From assembly GCA_027050975.1 (NCBI GenBank), contig JALUAR010000107.1, forward strand, positions 1 through 53,923: a DNA stretch of 53,923 nucleotides. Reading direction: 5' to 3'. The notes under the pieces were generated by a model, which saw only the letters and a program-made list of their open reading frames with translations, was not told the DNA's origin and ran no database searches. Below are positions 35,999-45,209 of the stretch, in pieces. The first letter of the stretch is position 1. Every line of letters begins with the position of its first letter. The position numbers were made by a program, and so were the translations under genes. The DNA comes from Thermodesulfovibrio sp. (GTDB lineage: Bacteria; Nitrospirota; Thermodesulfovibrionia; Thermodesulfovibrionales; JdFR-85).

Positions 35999-36337
35999 TC
36001 ATGCTTTTGGGCCTTCTCCAGTTTTTTCCTTTGAGATGGCTTCCTCGATTTTTTTTACTCTTGTGGATAGGGCCTTCAGCTTTTTGTCGAGAGCCTCTAT
36101 GTCCTCTTTGGTGGGAAGATTCATCTTTTCAAGTGTCCTGGCAACCACATCCGAGAGGGTTTTTGTGATATCCTCAGAGCCTTTCTCAGCCTTCTCTGCC
36201 CACTCCTTAACAAGTTTTGCACCCTGGGATTCGCTTAATTCCCCCTTCTTTACCAGCTCATCAACGAACTCCTTTACCTTTTCCTGGGCACCGAAGCCGG
36301 CAAGCATGGCATTTCTGATGATTTCAAATATTGTCAT
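35999..36337 (-). CDS. Phasin-like / PHA-granule-associated-protein-like small helical protein
   Basis: 112 aa, all-helical (NAMLAGFGAQEKVKEFVDELVKKGELS…). AAAGGAGGG SD. Directly upstream of ubiB. Confidence 0.55.
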   Translation of the reverse strand: MTIFEIIRNAMLAGFGAQEKVKEFVDELVKKGELSESQGAKLVKEWAEKAEKGSEDITKTLSDVVARTLEKMNLPTKEDIEALDKKLKALSTRVKKIEEAISKEKTGEGPKA

Positions 36338-36583
36338 ACAACAACCCTCCTTTCTTAATTTTAGTTTGGGTTGTCAAACAACCCGGTTCGTTATTCCTTG
36401 GACAGGTGAATTCGATAGCCTGGTGAATCTTCAAGGAAGATGAAGCCTTTATTTAAATTATACCAGAAAACAGAGGAAATATTGCATTAATTACACCGAT
36501 TCCCAGCTCGCTCAAATTCCATATGTATCATCTGACCGATAAGTCAACAGACCATTCTGGATCGAAATAAAAAGGGTCAGCCA

Positions 36584-37672
36584 CTACTTACGGTTGATTA
36601 CCATGTAGAAGAACCTTGCCCAATGGCCTGTCTTTTTGTTGAAAGCAGTAATTCCGATACGATTGATCTCTCTTCTGAGTGCGGGTAGCCCTTCAACTGT
36701 GAGTTCCCCTGTTTTGGGATTTACAGTGGGTTTAAGCCAGCCCAGTTCGGACAGATAAATTCCAGGATTTTTGTAATTTCCTATATTTTCCACAACCGCC
36801 ACGATCCTTGCTGGCGGATTTCTGTAAAGGATACCGTAAGGAGGTTCTGTTCTTTTAACAGGAAGGGGCTCTGTCTCAAGAAACTCTTTGAATTTCTTCA
36901 TCGTTGCCCATGAGCCAACGAGGGGATATCTCGGTATCAGAAAGGGCTCTGTGAACTGTCCTGCGGGAGCAGGGTCCTGTGTGAAGGCCATCATGTAGCC
37001 GCGTCTGACTAGAATGTCATGAAACTCCTTGTTGTACTCTCCGTAAGGATATGAATAAAGAACAGGGGCAGTGCCTGTGAGTTTTTTAAATCTGTCTTCG
37101 CTCTTTTTCAGGTCATCCTCAATCCATTTTACATACTCCTTTTTGGAGACGGACCTGCTCCATCGTGCGAATCTTGCATGGGCGTAAGAGTGGTTACCAA
37201 AAGATACCTTCGTGTATCTGGCCATCTCTTCTATCTGCTGTTTTGTCATATAATCCGGATACCTTCCCACTGCTTCCATGTAAAGGAAGACAGTAAAAGG
37301 GTATCCAAACTCCTTCAGTATAGGAAATGCCTCTGTGAAAACGGTTCTGTATCCGTCATCAATGGTTATCAAGACCGCCTTTTGAGGAATCGGGCCTTCT
37401 TTATTGAGAAATTTAATAAGTTCTTCAGGCGATATTACATTGTAGTCATTGTCTTTCAGATACTGCAGTTGTGCCCGAAAAAGGTCCGTATCAATAGAGG
37501 TGGAGGGACTTTTGGGATCGTTAAATTTATGATACAGCAAGATGGTTACATAACCGCTATGAGGATTTTTTTCAGCAAACACCACCGAATTGTTACATAT
37601 CGTGAAAACAACGAAAACAAAAAAAGATAATACCAACAACAGCGATACGGATATGTTTGATCTGGAAGGCAT
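36584..37672 (-). CDS. Exported polysaccharide deacetylase (NodB/CE4 domain) protein
   Basis: ITIDDGYRT and SFGNHSYAH motifs. Start set at ATG 37672, which yields a signal peptide (MPSRSNISVSLLLVLSFFVF…). The track ORF starts 66 nt earlier and would overlap the upstream gene. Confidence 0.8.
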   Translation of the reverse strand: MPSRSNISVSLLLVLSFFVFVVFTICNNSVVFAEKNPHSGYVTILLYHKFNDPKSPSTSIDTDLFRAQLQYLKDNDYNVISPEELIKFLNKEGPIPQKAVLITIDDGYRTVFTEAFPILKEFGYPFTVFLYMEAVGRYPDYMTKQQIEEMARYTKVSFGNHSYAHARFARWSRSVSKKEYVKWIEDDLKKSEDRFKKLTGTAPVLYSYPYGEYNKEFHDILVRRGYMMAFTQDPAPAGQFTEPFLIPRYPLVGSWATMKKFKEFLETEPLPVKRTEPPYGILYRNPPARIVAVVENIGNYKNPGIYLSELGWLKPTVNPKTGELTVEGLPALRREINRIGITAFNKKTGHWARFFYMVINRK

Positions 37673-37691
37673 CTTATCGAAAGTCACTTTG

Positions 37692-38516
37692 TTATCTGAG
37701 ATAGTTTGGATCCAATCGGCATTGATCGTATCTGTCAAGTCTGTTTTTCTGAATCACCTGTGTAAGACGGTCAACATATTCGGTGCCCAGTACAGAATAC
37801 CTGTGGAGATAGTTCACAAGTGTAATGGACTCCGACTGTTTGCTTCTCATATGCCTGAAATCTTTGTATGCCCAACCAACATTGATGTTGTAAAGGTATC
37901 CTCTCACTGCATCAAGTGTGCTACTGTAGCGGGCAAGGCGAGCTTTGGAATTGATAGCTCTGATTCCTTTTTTTGAACCGAAGGTCCAGATGCCGAAAAT
38001 GTTGTTTCCCTCAACAAAGAATCTCGAGCTTCCCCATCCGCTCTCAAGCACAGCCTGTGCAAGTATTATGCTGGGAGGATGGATATTAAGCCTTGTGAGA
38101 AGCTCTTCCAGATTATCTGTTCTATACTTTCTGAATATGCCCTTTATGAAGGTCATCTCAGACTCTGTTAAGGTAATGCCCCTCTTCATTCGTTTTATAA
38201 GCCGAACAAATCTGTCTCTTTCGTTCTTAATCTCCTGCTCGGCGATTAGTATGGAAGGTAGAACAATTCTTATAAATGCAGCCTTTCTTTTTCGTGGCGG
38301 GAGGTCTTTTAGAGATATTACCTTTCTGTACACAATCGGTTTTACCGCATTACAGTCAAACTCCTCTGAGAAAAGCTCGTCAATGCTTTCCAGGTCTCTA
38401 TAGATAACACTAATCCTTTCAGGTTCAGCCCCCTTGTAAAGGGTCTGCCTGCCCGAGAAGAAAAGCGTGGAAGATACCGTTAATAAGACTATCAGATATA
38501 GTAATTTACGAATCAT
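37692..38516 (-). CDS. Bax-like N-acetylglucosaminidase-domain (FlgJ C-terminal type) protein
   Basis: Signal/TM N-terminus and the glucosaminidase motif ILAQAVLESGWGSSRF…GNNIFGI. Confidence 0.75.
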   Translation of the reverse strand: MIRKLLYLIVLLTVSSTLFFSGRQTLYKGAEPERISVIYRDLESIDELFSEEFDCNAVKPIVYRKVISLKDLPPRKRKAAFIRIVLPSILIAEQEIKNERDRFVRLIKRMKRGITLTESEMTFIKGIFRKYRTDNLEELLTRLNIHPPSIILAQAVLESGWGSSRFFVEGNNIFGIWTFGSKKGIRAINSKARLARYSSTLDAVRGYLYNINVGWAYKDFRHMRSKQSESITLVNYLHRYSVLGTEYVDRLTQVIQKNRLDRYDQCRLDPNYLR

Positions 38517-38599
38517 CGTTTCTTAAATAATTATTATAACATAACAGGAGTTGATTTTATTGACATTTCAAATACTTTTTGAATAATGTATTAGTTATC

Positions 38600-39793
38600 A
38601 TGTTCAGGCTAAGGTTTCTTACGGCAGGAGAATCGCACGGGAAGGCCCTTGTTGGTATTTTAGAGGGTATTCCGGCCAATCTTTCTCTTTCATCCGAGTA
38701 TATCAACCGCCAGCTTCAGAGGCGGCAGAAGGGTTACGGCCGTGGCGGAAGGATGAAGATAGAGAAAGACAGTGTGGAGATACTTGCAGGTGTAAGGTGG
38801 GGGCTGACTATTGGTTCTCCTATTGCCCTTTATGTACAAAACCGTGACTGGGCAAACTGGCAGAAGGGGATGTCCGTTGAAGAAGCGGACAAGGGCTCAA
38901 TTGATCCTGTTACAAGACCGAGACCAGGACATGCCGATCTGCCGGGAATCATAAAGTACAACCAGAGGGATATCAGGAACATACTTGAACGCTCATCAGC
39001 CCGGGAGACGACCATGAGGGTAGCCCTCGGGGCTATTGCTAGAAGATTTCTTGAGGAGTTTGGCATTGAGGTAGGCAGCTTTGTCACATCGGTTGGAGAT
39101 GTGGAGTATGGGGTGGATACCTCTTTGCTGAAGGATAAAGATCTGAAGACAATGGCCTTAAAGGCTGAGGATTCTGAACTGCGCTGTCCTGACCCTGAGA
39201 TTACAGCAGCCATGAAAGAGAGGATCGACAGGGCAAAGGAGGAGGGTTATTCCCTTGGTGGCAGATTCGTTGTCTTTGCCACAGGTCTTCCTGTAGGGCT
39301 GGGCAGTCATATCCAATATGACCGGAGACTTGATGCAAGGCTGGCTCAGGCACTTATGAGTATACAGGCAATTAAGGCTGTAGAGATAGGAGACGGGGTG
39401 AGGCTTTCGGAACTGCCTGGTTCTGAGGTAATGGATGAGATACTCCCTCCTGTTGACGGTACTGATTTAAGCAGTGTTCGGAGACCGACAAACCACGGGG
39501 GAGGGATTGAGGGTGGAATGACGAACTCCATGCCAGTGATTGTCAGGGTGACAATGAAACCCATTCCAACACAACGAAGACCGTTAAGGTCAATCGATAT
39601 AACAACAGCCGAGGCAGTGGAGGCTGCCTATGAGAGGTCTGATGTTTGTGCAGTAGCAGCAGCGGCAGTAATTGGTGAGGCTATGCTGGCATTGGTGCTG
39701 GCAGATGCCTTTTTGGAGAAGTTTGGCGGAGACAGTATGGAGGAGACAAAAAGAAATTACGAAATGTATCGAAAACTTTCTGAAAAGGGGTAG
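38600..39793 (+). CDS. aroC: Chorismate synthase
   Basis: FRLRFLTAGESHGKAL… and RPGHADL, canonical AroC. ATG 38600 is preferred over the TTG at 38579. Confidence 0.95.
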   Translation: MFRLRFLTAGESHGKALVGILEGIPANLSLSSEYINRQLQRRQKGYGRGGRMKIEKDSVEILAGVRWGLTIGSPIALYVQNRDWANWQKGMSVEEADKGSIDPVTRPRPGHADLPGIIKYNQRDIRNILERSSARETTMRVALGAIARRFLEEFGIEVGSFVTSVGDVEYGVDTSLLKDKDLKTMALKAEDSELRCPDPEITAAMKERIDRAKEEGYSLGGRFVVFATGLPVGLGSHIQYDRRLDARLAQALMSIQAIKAVEIGDGVRLSELPGSEVMDEILPPVDGTDLSSVRRPTNHGGGIEGGMTNSMPVIVRVTMKPIPTQRRPLRSIDITTAEAVEAAYERSDVCAVAAAAVIGEAMLALVLADAFLEKFGGDSMEETKRNYEMYRKLSEKG

Positions 39794-39806
39794 GTAGGAG
39801 CGTTGT

Positions 39807-40322
39807 ATGATAAGCAAAAAAAATATTGTTCTTACAGGGTTTATGGGCACAGGAAAAACAGCTGTTGGCAGAGAGCTTGCCAGGATGCTGGGTATGGGTT
39901 TTGTAGAGCTTGACGAGGAGATTGAGCGTGCCGAGGGAATGAAGATAAAAGATATATTTAGCCGCTTTGGTGAGCCCTACTTCAGGGATAAAGAGACAGA
40001 GATGGTTAAAAGGTTTGCAGCCCAGGAAGGGGTTGTGATCTCAACAGGCGGTGGAGTTGTCCTCCGGCAGGAGAACATGGATGCCCTGAGAGAGAAGGGG
40101 ATAATAGTCTGTCTCTGGGCAAGTCCAGAGACCATTCTTCAGAGAACCAGCACATCAGATGACAGGCCTCTGTTGAATGTGGATGACCCATTGAAAAAGA
40201 TCAAAGAGTTACTTGAATACAGAAGGCCCTTCTATGAGAAGGCTGATATAATGATTGATACAGAGGGAAAGTCACCCCATGAGATTGCAAAGGAGATAGT
40301 TCAGAAGATAAGGGGAGGGTAA
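39807..40322 (+). CDS. aroK: Shikimate kinase
   Basis: Walker A GFMGTGKTAVG and shikimate-binding motifs (ISTGGGVV). Confidence 0.92.
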   Translation: MISKKNIVLTGFMGTGKTAVGRELARMLGMGFVELDEEIERAEGMKIKDIFSRFGEPYFRDKETEMVKRFAAQEGVVISTGGGVVLRQENMDALREKGIIVCLWASPETILQRTSTSDDRPLLNVDDPLKKIKELLEYRRPFYEKADIMIDTEGKSPHEIAKEIVQKIRGG

Positions 40323-40323
40323 T

Positions 40324-41820
40324 ATGAAGAGAGAACAATGGAAGAGTCAGTTGGGATTTCTCTTAGCAGCCGTAGGCTCTGCAATAGGCCTGGGCAACAT
40401 ATGGAGATTCAGCTATATGGCCTATTCCTACGGCGGAGGCGCATTTCTCATACCCTATCTTGTTGCACTTCTCACGGCGGGCATACCCCTTCTAATATTG
40501 GAGTTCGGGATTGGTCATGAAAGGATAGGTTCTGCCCCTCTTGCGTACGCCAAGATAAAGAAGAACTGGGAATGGCTCGGGTGGTGGGCGGTTACCTTCG
40601 TTATGTTCGGTATAGTGCTTTATTATGTTGTAATTATTGCCTGGTGTCTCAACTTCTTTGTCCTGTCTTTTAACCTGAGTTGGGGTGACGATCCGAACTC
40701 GTTCTTCTTTAAGCAGTTTCTCTCTCTCAGCAAGAGTCCCTCCGAAATAGGTGAAATTCGAACCCCCATACTCTTTGCCCTTATAGTCATCTGGTTTATA
40801 AACTGGGCCATTGTCTACAGGGGAGTGCAGAGGGGAATCGAGCTTGCCAATAAAATCTTCATGCCCCTTCTTTTTGTTCTTACAGCCGTTCTTGTGTTCT
40901 GGTCTTTGAGTCTTGACGGTGCAGCAGAGGGACTCAAGGCATACCTTACGCCTGACTTTTCAAAGATCGCAGACCCCAAGGTCTGGATAGATGCGTATAG
41001 CCAGATATTCTTTACCCTGAGTCTCGGTTTCGGCATCATGATTGCCTATGCAAGCTACCTGCCGGAGAAGTCAGACATAACAAAGAATTCCGTTTTTACC
41101 GCCTTCATAAACAGCGGATATTCCCTCTTTGCTGGTTTGGCGGTGTTCTCTGTGCTCGGATTCATGGCAAAGTCAGAGGGTAAGGCAATATCCGATGTTG
41201 TGTCCCAGAGTATCGGCCTTGCCTTTGTGGCCTATCCGAAGGCTGTGAGTATGATGCCTGCAGGCAATATCTTCGGTGCCATATTCTTTCTCTGTCTTGT
41301 CGTGGCAGGGATATCATCTTCTGTCTCAATAATAGAGGCATTTAGTTCGGCAATAATAGACAAATTCGGTGTCCGGAGAAAACCCTTTATTACCATGATA
41401 TCCGTGATAGGATTTCTTGGCTCGATTATATTCACAACACAGGCAGGACTTCTTTGGCTCGATATAGTGGATCACTTCCTCACCCATTACGGACTGGTTG
41501 TGGTGGGTATAGCTGAATGCATATTGGTAGGATGGTTTTTCAGGCTGGATGTACTTAGAAGGCATATAAACAGAATATCTAACATCAAGCTTGGACTGTG
41601 GTGGGATATTCTTATAAAGTACTTTGTTCCCCTTGTGCTCGGTATTATTCTGGTAGGGGACCTCTACAATGAACTTAAAAAGCCCTATGGGGGATATACG
41701 TGGACCTCTCTGATCCTTATAGGTAGAGATTGGATTCTATTTACCCTTATTGTTGCCTTTGTTCTTGCCTCGCGGCCCTGGAAGACGGAGCATATAAAGA
41801 AAGGCGGAAGGAGTTCGTGA
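40324..41820 (+). CDS. Neurotransmitter:sodium symporter (NSS/SNF) family transporter
   Basis: Signature GSAIGLGNIWRFSY. About 12 TM helices, 498 aa. Starts 1 nt after the aroK stop. Confidence 0.9.
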   Translation: MKREQWKSQLGFLLAAVGSAIGLGNIWRFSYMAYSYGGGAFLIPYLVALLTAGIPLLILEFGIGHERIGSAPLAYAKIKKNWEWLGWWAVTFVMFGIVLYYVVIIAWCLNFFVLSFNLSWGDDPNSFFFKQFLSLSKSPSEIGEIRTPILFALIVIWFINWAIVYRGVQRGIELANKIFMPLLFVLTAVLVFWSLSLDGAAEGLKAYLTPDFSKIADPKVWIDAYSQIFFTLSLGFGIMIAYASYLPEKSDITKNSVFTAFINSGYSLFAGLAVFSVLGFMAKSEGKAISDVVSQSIGLAFVAYPKAVSMMPAGNIFGAIFFLCLVVAGISSSVSIIEAFSSAIIDKFGVRRKPFITMISVIGFLGSIIFTTQAGLLWLDIVDHFLTHYGLVVVGIAECILVGWFFRLDVLRRHINRISNIKLGLWWDILIKYFVPLVLGIILVGDLYNELKKPYGGYTWTSLILIGRDWILFTLIVAFVLASRPWKTEHIKKGGRSS

Positions 41821-41851
41821 TTTATCAGTCTATCAGTACAGTTTATCCCAA

Positions 41852-41885
41852 ATCCAGCGATTGTTCGTTATCGTTACTGCTGGAT
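41852..41885 (+). terminator. Possible hairpin terminator after the NSS transporter gene
   Basis: ATCCAGC-N20-GCTGGAT followed by a T-rich stretch (CTGTGTTTATTT). The loop is long, so confidence is moderate. Confidence 0.35.
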
Positions 41886-42032
41886 CTGTGTTTATTTAGT
41901 ATAAAACGGAGGGTAAAGTTCTCACTGTAGGGACAGTTTATTGTTCACCTGTTATGCTATCTACAGCAGTGACAGAATGCGCGGTTCTGCTGTCTTGCCA
42001 ACTATACCATCTAAATGTTAAACTTTTTCGAT

Positions 42033-42368
42033 ATGCAGAAAAGGATTCTTGTTGTTGATGACGAGCCACTAATTCTGAAGTCAATAGAAAAGGCCCTTTC
42101 AAAGATAGGGTATGAGGTCCGGACTGCGGAAAACAGGGAGGAGTTTTTAAAAGAGTTGGAATCCGGAAGATTCTCCCTCCTTATATTCGACCTGCATATG
42201 CCTGACATCACAAGGGATGAGATAGTTGAGACATCAAAAAAGTACAATCCCGAGATAAAATTCATGGTAGTAAGCGGGTCCGAGGAGTCAGCGGGCTTTC
42301 ATTTTATACGAAAGCCCTTCAGAATCGATGACCTGAGGCAGAGCGTAAGAGATTTACTGAATGATTGA
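42033..42368 (+). CDS. Stand-alone receiver-domain response regulator (CheY-like)
   Basis: RILVVDDEP…LLIFDLHMPD…MVVSGS…IRKPF; all phospho-acceptor pocket residues are present. Its stop overlaps the next gene's ATG (8-nt overlap). Confidence 0.85.
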   Translation: MQKRILVVDDEPLILKSIEKALSKIGYEVRTAENREEFLKELESGRFSLLIFDLHMPDITRDEIVETSKKYNPEIKFMVVSGSEESAGFHFIRKPFRIDDLRQSVRDLLND

Positions 42369-44433
42369 TATTCGCTACATTGACAACAATATCTTTCATT
42401 TCATAAACAGTACCCTATCAAATCCCTTATTTGATGTTGTAATGCCTTTTGTAACCAACAATCCAGGCCTGCTTCTTCTTCCTGTTCTGGTCCTGTTTAT
42501 GGTTAAAGATAGAAGAATAGGATTGTATGCAATTGTCGTCTCCCTCTTTGCCCTTGCCACTTCGGACGCCATGGCCAACAGTCTAAAGCATATCATCCAG
42601 AGACCGAGACCTTTTATGGTTCTTCAGGATGTTATCACCCTTGTGGGCAGAGGTAAGTCATTTTCAATGCCTTCTGCCCATGCAGCAAATATCACCTCTG
42701 TGGTAACCGTTTTTATTTACTTGATCGGAAGGCTCGGGCGTACAAAGCTGGGAAAGGCTGCCATTGTTTATCTGTTAGCTGTCGCCGTTACAGTCTCCTT
42801 TTCGAGGATCTATGTAGGGGTGCACTATCCCACAGATGTTTTTGCGGGAATGCTTCTCGGACTTTTCTCTGGAGTTGCTATGATAACCATAGCAGGCTGG
42901 ACAGGCAGTGCATTCAGACAAAAGAGGTATGGGAGGTTGCTCTTTCTGCTCCTCGTCATTTTGAGTCTTTTCAGGCTTTATTACATACAGACAGGCCCCC
43001 TTGATCTAAGTCCTGACGAGGCACAGTACTGGGACTGGTCCAGAAGGCTGGATCTGAGCTATTACTCCAAAGGCCCTGCCATAGCCTATCTCATAAAGGC
43101 AGGCACCCTACTGTTGGGTGACACTGAACTTGGTGTGAGACTACCTGCGGTTGTTTTGAGCCTTTTAAGCAGCATCGTGCTGTTTTATCTTACAAGGTCC
43201 ATACTTAACAGGCATTCGGAGCCGGGCTCTCGCATGCCTGATACAGCAGCGTTTGTGGTGGCGTCATTGCTACAGATTATTCCTATTTTTGCTACCTATG
43301 GTGTTGTAATGACAATAGATTCACCCTTTATCTTCTTCTGGGCACTTTCGCTCTATCTTTTCTGGCATTGTCAGAAGGATTGGCCTCTGAGACAGTCCGG
43401 TCTTTTCGTATGGATACTTTTAGGAATAGCTGTTGGCTGTGGAGTGCTAACCAAGTATACAATGGCATTCTTCTATCTCTCTGCCTTTCTGTATCTCCTT
43501 ACTGACCGGGAAAGGAGGGGCATTCTTCTTGGTCCCGGTCCATGGATGGCCCTGTTTGTGAGCCTTATTGTTTCCTCACCAATTATCATCTGGAATGCAG
43601 AGCATAACTGGGTAACCTTTTTGCACACCGCAGGACAGGCCCATCTTCAGGATGGCCTCAGGCTCAGGCCGGACAGATTTATTGAATTTATCCTATCTCA
43701 GCTGGGAGTAATTACCCCTGTGATAATGGTGTTTATGATTGTTGCACTGATGAAATTTCGTAAGGGTGAGGCTGACAGAAGATTTCTGTTCTGGTTTGCT
43801 GCCCCCACTGTCCTGTTCTTCCTGCTGAAGAGTCTCCAGGGTAAGGTTCAGGCCAACTGGGCCCTGCCGGGATATATTTCAGCAGTAGTGGCCATGGGGA
43901 TTTATGTTGTTCAAAGGTGGCCTTATTACAGAAAGTTGATAAAGCTTATCTTCATAGCTGGTACTGTTATGGCCTTCTTGGTTACGGCCGTTGCCCATTA
44001 TCCGGGGATTTTGAAGCTTCCTCCCAAGCAGGATCCCTCATCAAGACTCAGGGGCTGGGAGCCTCTGGGTGAAGAGGTAAGCAGGCTCATGAGGAAGATG
44101 GACAAGCCACTCTTTATATTTTCCAACAGGTATCAGGTGACTGCAGAACTGGCATTTTATGTGGAGGGCCAACCGGTAACCTATTGTGTGAATCTTGGCA
44201 GGAGGATGAATCAATACGATCTCTGGCCGGGGTTTCACTCCTTTAAGGGATACAATGCCATTTTCGTAAGATGGGGAGACAAAAAATTTCCTGACGAGCT
44301 GAAGAGCCGTTTTGACAGATATGAAAAGAGGCTCCTGACGGTGAAAGAAAACGGAAGGGTTTTAAGAAAGTATTCCATATTTCTCTGTTATAACTTTAAG
44401 GGAATGCAGAGACGGCTGCCTGATAGATACTGA
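42361..44433 (+). CDS. Fusion protein: N-terminal PAP2 lipid phosphatase plus C-terminal ArnT/PMT-like family-39 glycosyltransferase
   Basis: PAP2 motifs KHIIQRPRP, PSAHAAN, SRIYVGVHYPTDV. Then GT39/ArnT-type PDEAQYWDWSRR and more than 10 TM helices. 690 aa. Confidence 0.85.
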   Translation: MIDIRYIDNNIFHFINSTLSNPLFDVVMPFVTNNPGLLLLPVLVLFMVKDRRIGLYAIVVSLFALATSDAMANSLKHIIQRPRPFMVLQDVITLVGRGKSFSMPSAHAANITSVVTVFIYLIGRLGRTKLGKAAIVYLLAVAVTVSFSRIYVGVHYPTDVFAGMLLGLFSGVAMITIAGWTGSAFRQKRYGRLLFLLLVILSLFRLYYIQTGPLDLSPDEAQYWDWSRRLDLSYYSKGPAIAYLIKAGTLLLGDTELGVRLPAVVLSLLSSIVLFYLTRSILNRHSEPGSRMPDTAAFVVASLLQIIPIFATYGVVMTIDSPFIFFWALSLYLFWHCQKDWPLRQSGLFVWILLGIAVGCGVLTKYTMAFFYLSAFLYLLTDRERRGILLGPGPWMALFVSLIVSSPIIIWNAEHNWVTFLHTAGQAHLQDGLRLRPDRFIEFILSQLGVITPVIMVFMIVALMKFRKGEADRRFLFWFAAPTVLFFLLKSLQGKVQANWALPGYISAVVAMGIYVVQRWPYYRKLIKLIFIAGTVMAFLVTAVAHYPGILKLPPKQDPSSRLRGWEPLGEEVSRLMRKMDKPLFIFSNRYQVTAELAFYVEGQPVTYCVNLGRRMNQYDLWPGFHSFKGYNAIFVRWGDKKFPDELKSRFDRYEKRLLTVKENGRVLRKYSIFLCYNFKGMQRRLPDRY

Positions 44434-44447
44434 TAAGGTTCTATCCG

Positions 44448-44972
44448 CTAATATTCGATTCCCTCCCTGGCTGATAATCCCTCCTTGTGGGGATGCTTTA
44501 TTGCTTTCATATATGTTACGTAATCTGCTCTTGCTATCATCTCCTCTGTTGCTCCCCGTCCTGTCAGCACCAACTCTGTCTCCTCCGGAAATCTGTCAAT
44601 GAATTCAAGTGCATACTCCTCAGGAAGTATTTTACTCCTGACAAGGTTGTTGAATTCATCAATAATAATCATGTCATACCTGTTTGCAACAGAAAGGATC
44701 TCATTAAGTCTTTTGATTGCCATCTCCCGCATCTGTTTTACATCTATATCAGGATAAAAGAGAGGAGACTTAATCTCTTTGAAGATCCGGACATCAACGG
44801 ATAATTCTTTCAGCAACGCTGTCTCTCCGCCATTGTGCTCTGATTTCATAAACTGGGCGAAGAGCACCTTTAACTGTCTGCTTTTTGCCCTCACGGCAAG
44901 CCCCACAGCTGCCGTTGTTTTGCCTTTACCTTCGCCTGTATATACGTGGATGAATCTTTTCATCTGCTCCAT
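44448..44972 (-). CDS. cobO: Cob(I)yrinic acid a,c-diamide adenosyltransferase (CobO/BtuR type)
   Basis: HVYTGEGKGKTTAAVGLAVRA P-loop, IIDEF, and C-terminal HPHKEGLSAREGIEY. Confidence 0.9.
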   Translation of the reverse strand: MEQMKRFIHVYTGEGKGKTTAAVGLAVRAKSRQLKVLFAQFMKSEHNGGETALLKELSVDVRIFKEIKSPLFYPDIDVKQMREMAIKRLNEILSVANRYDMIIIDEFNNLVRSKILPEEYALEFIDRFPEETELVLTGRGATEEMIARADYVTYMKAIKHPHKEGLSAREGIEY

Positions 44973-45209
44973 TGCTTAAACATTTTACCTGAATGCCTCG
45001 ACTCCAGACTAATTAATCATACCAGAATTACCCATGTTCTTCAAAGACAAACCAGTAGAGTATCAAAATTGTACTTTGTAGTGGGAATTTTTAGTATCCC
45101 GTTGTGTTGTACAGTTCTTCACAATACAATGAATGCTCAAAAATAAAAAGTTGTTGTATAATGAACCAATAAAATTAATAATTAATATCCGACAGGGAGG
45201 TTTTTGTTT

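Noticed and set aside
44973-45209. Riboswitch candidates: cobalamin upstream of cobO, and likewise Moco upstream of moaC (19660-19729), preQ1 upstream of queH (29067-29151), and purine upstream of purL (17763-17894).
   Set aside because: None of the regions shows the conserved cores I can recognise (no B12 box, no purine-riboswitch junction sequence). Several are also too short or too AT-rich to hold the known structures. A covariance-model scan would be needed to be sure.
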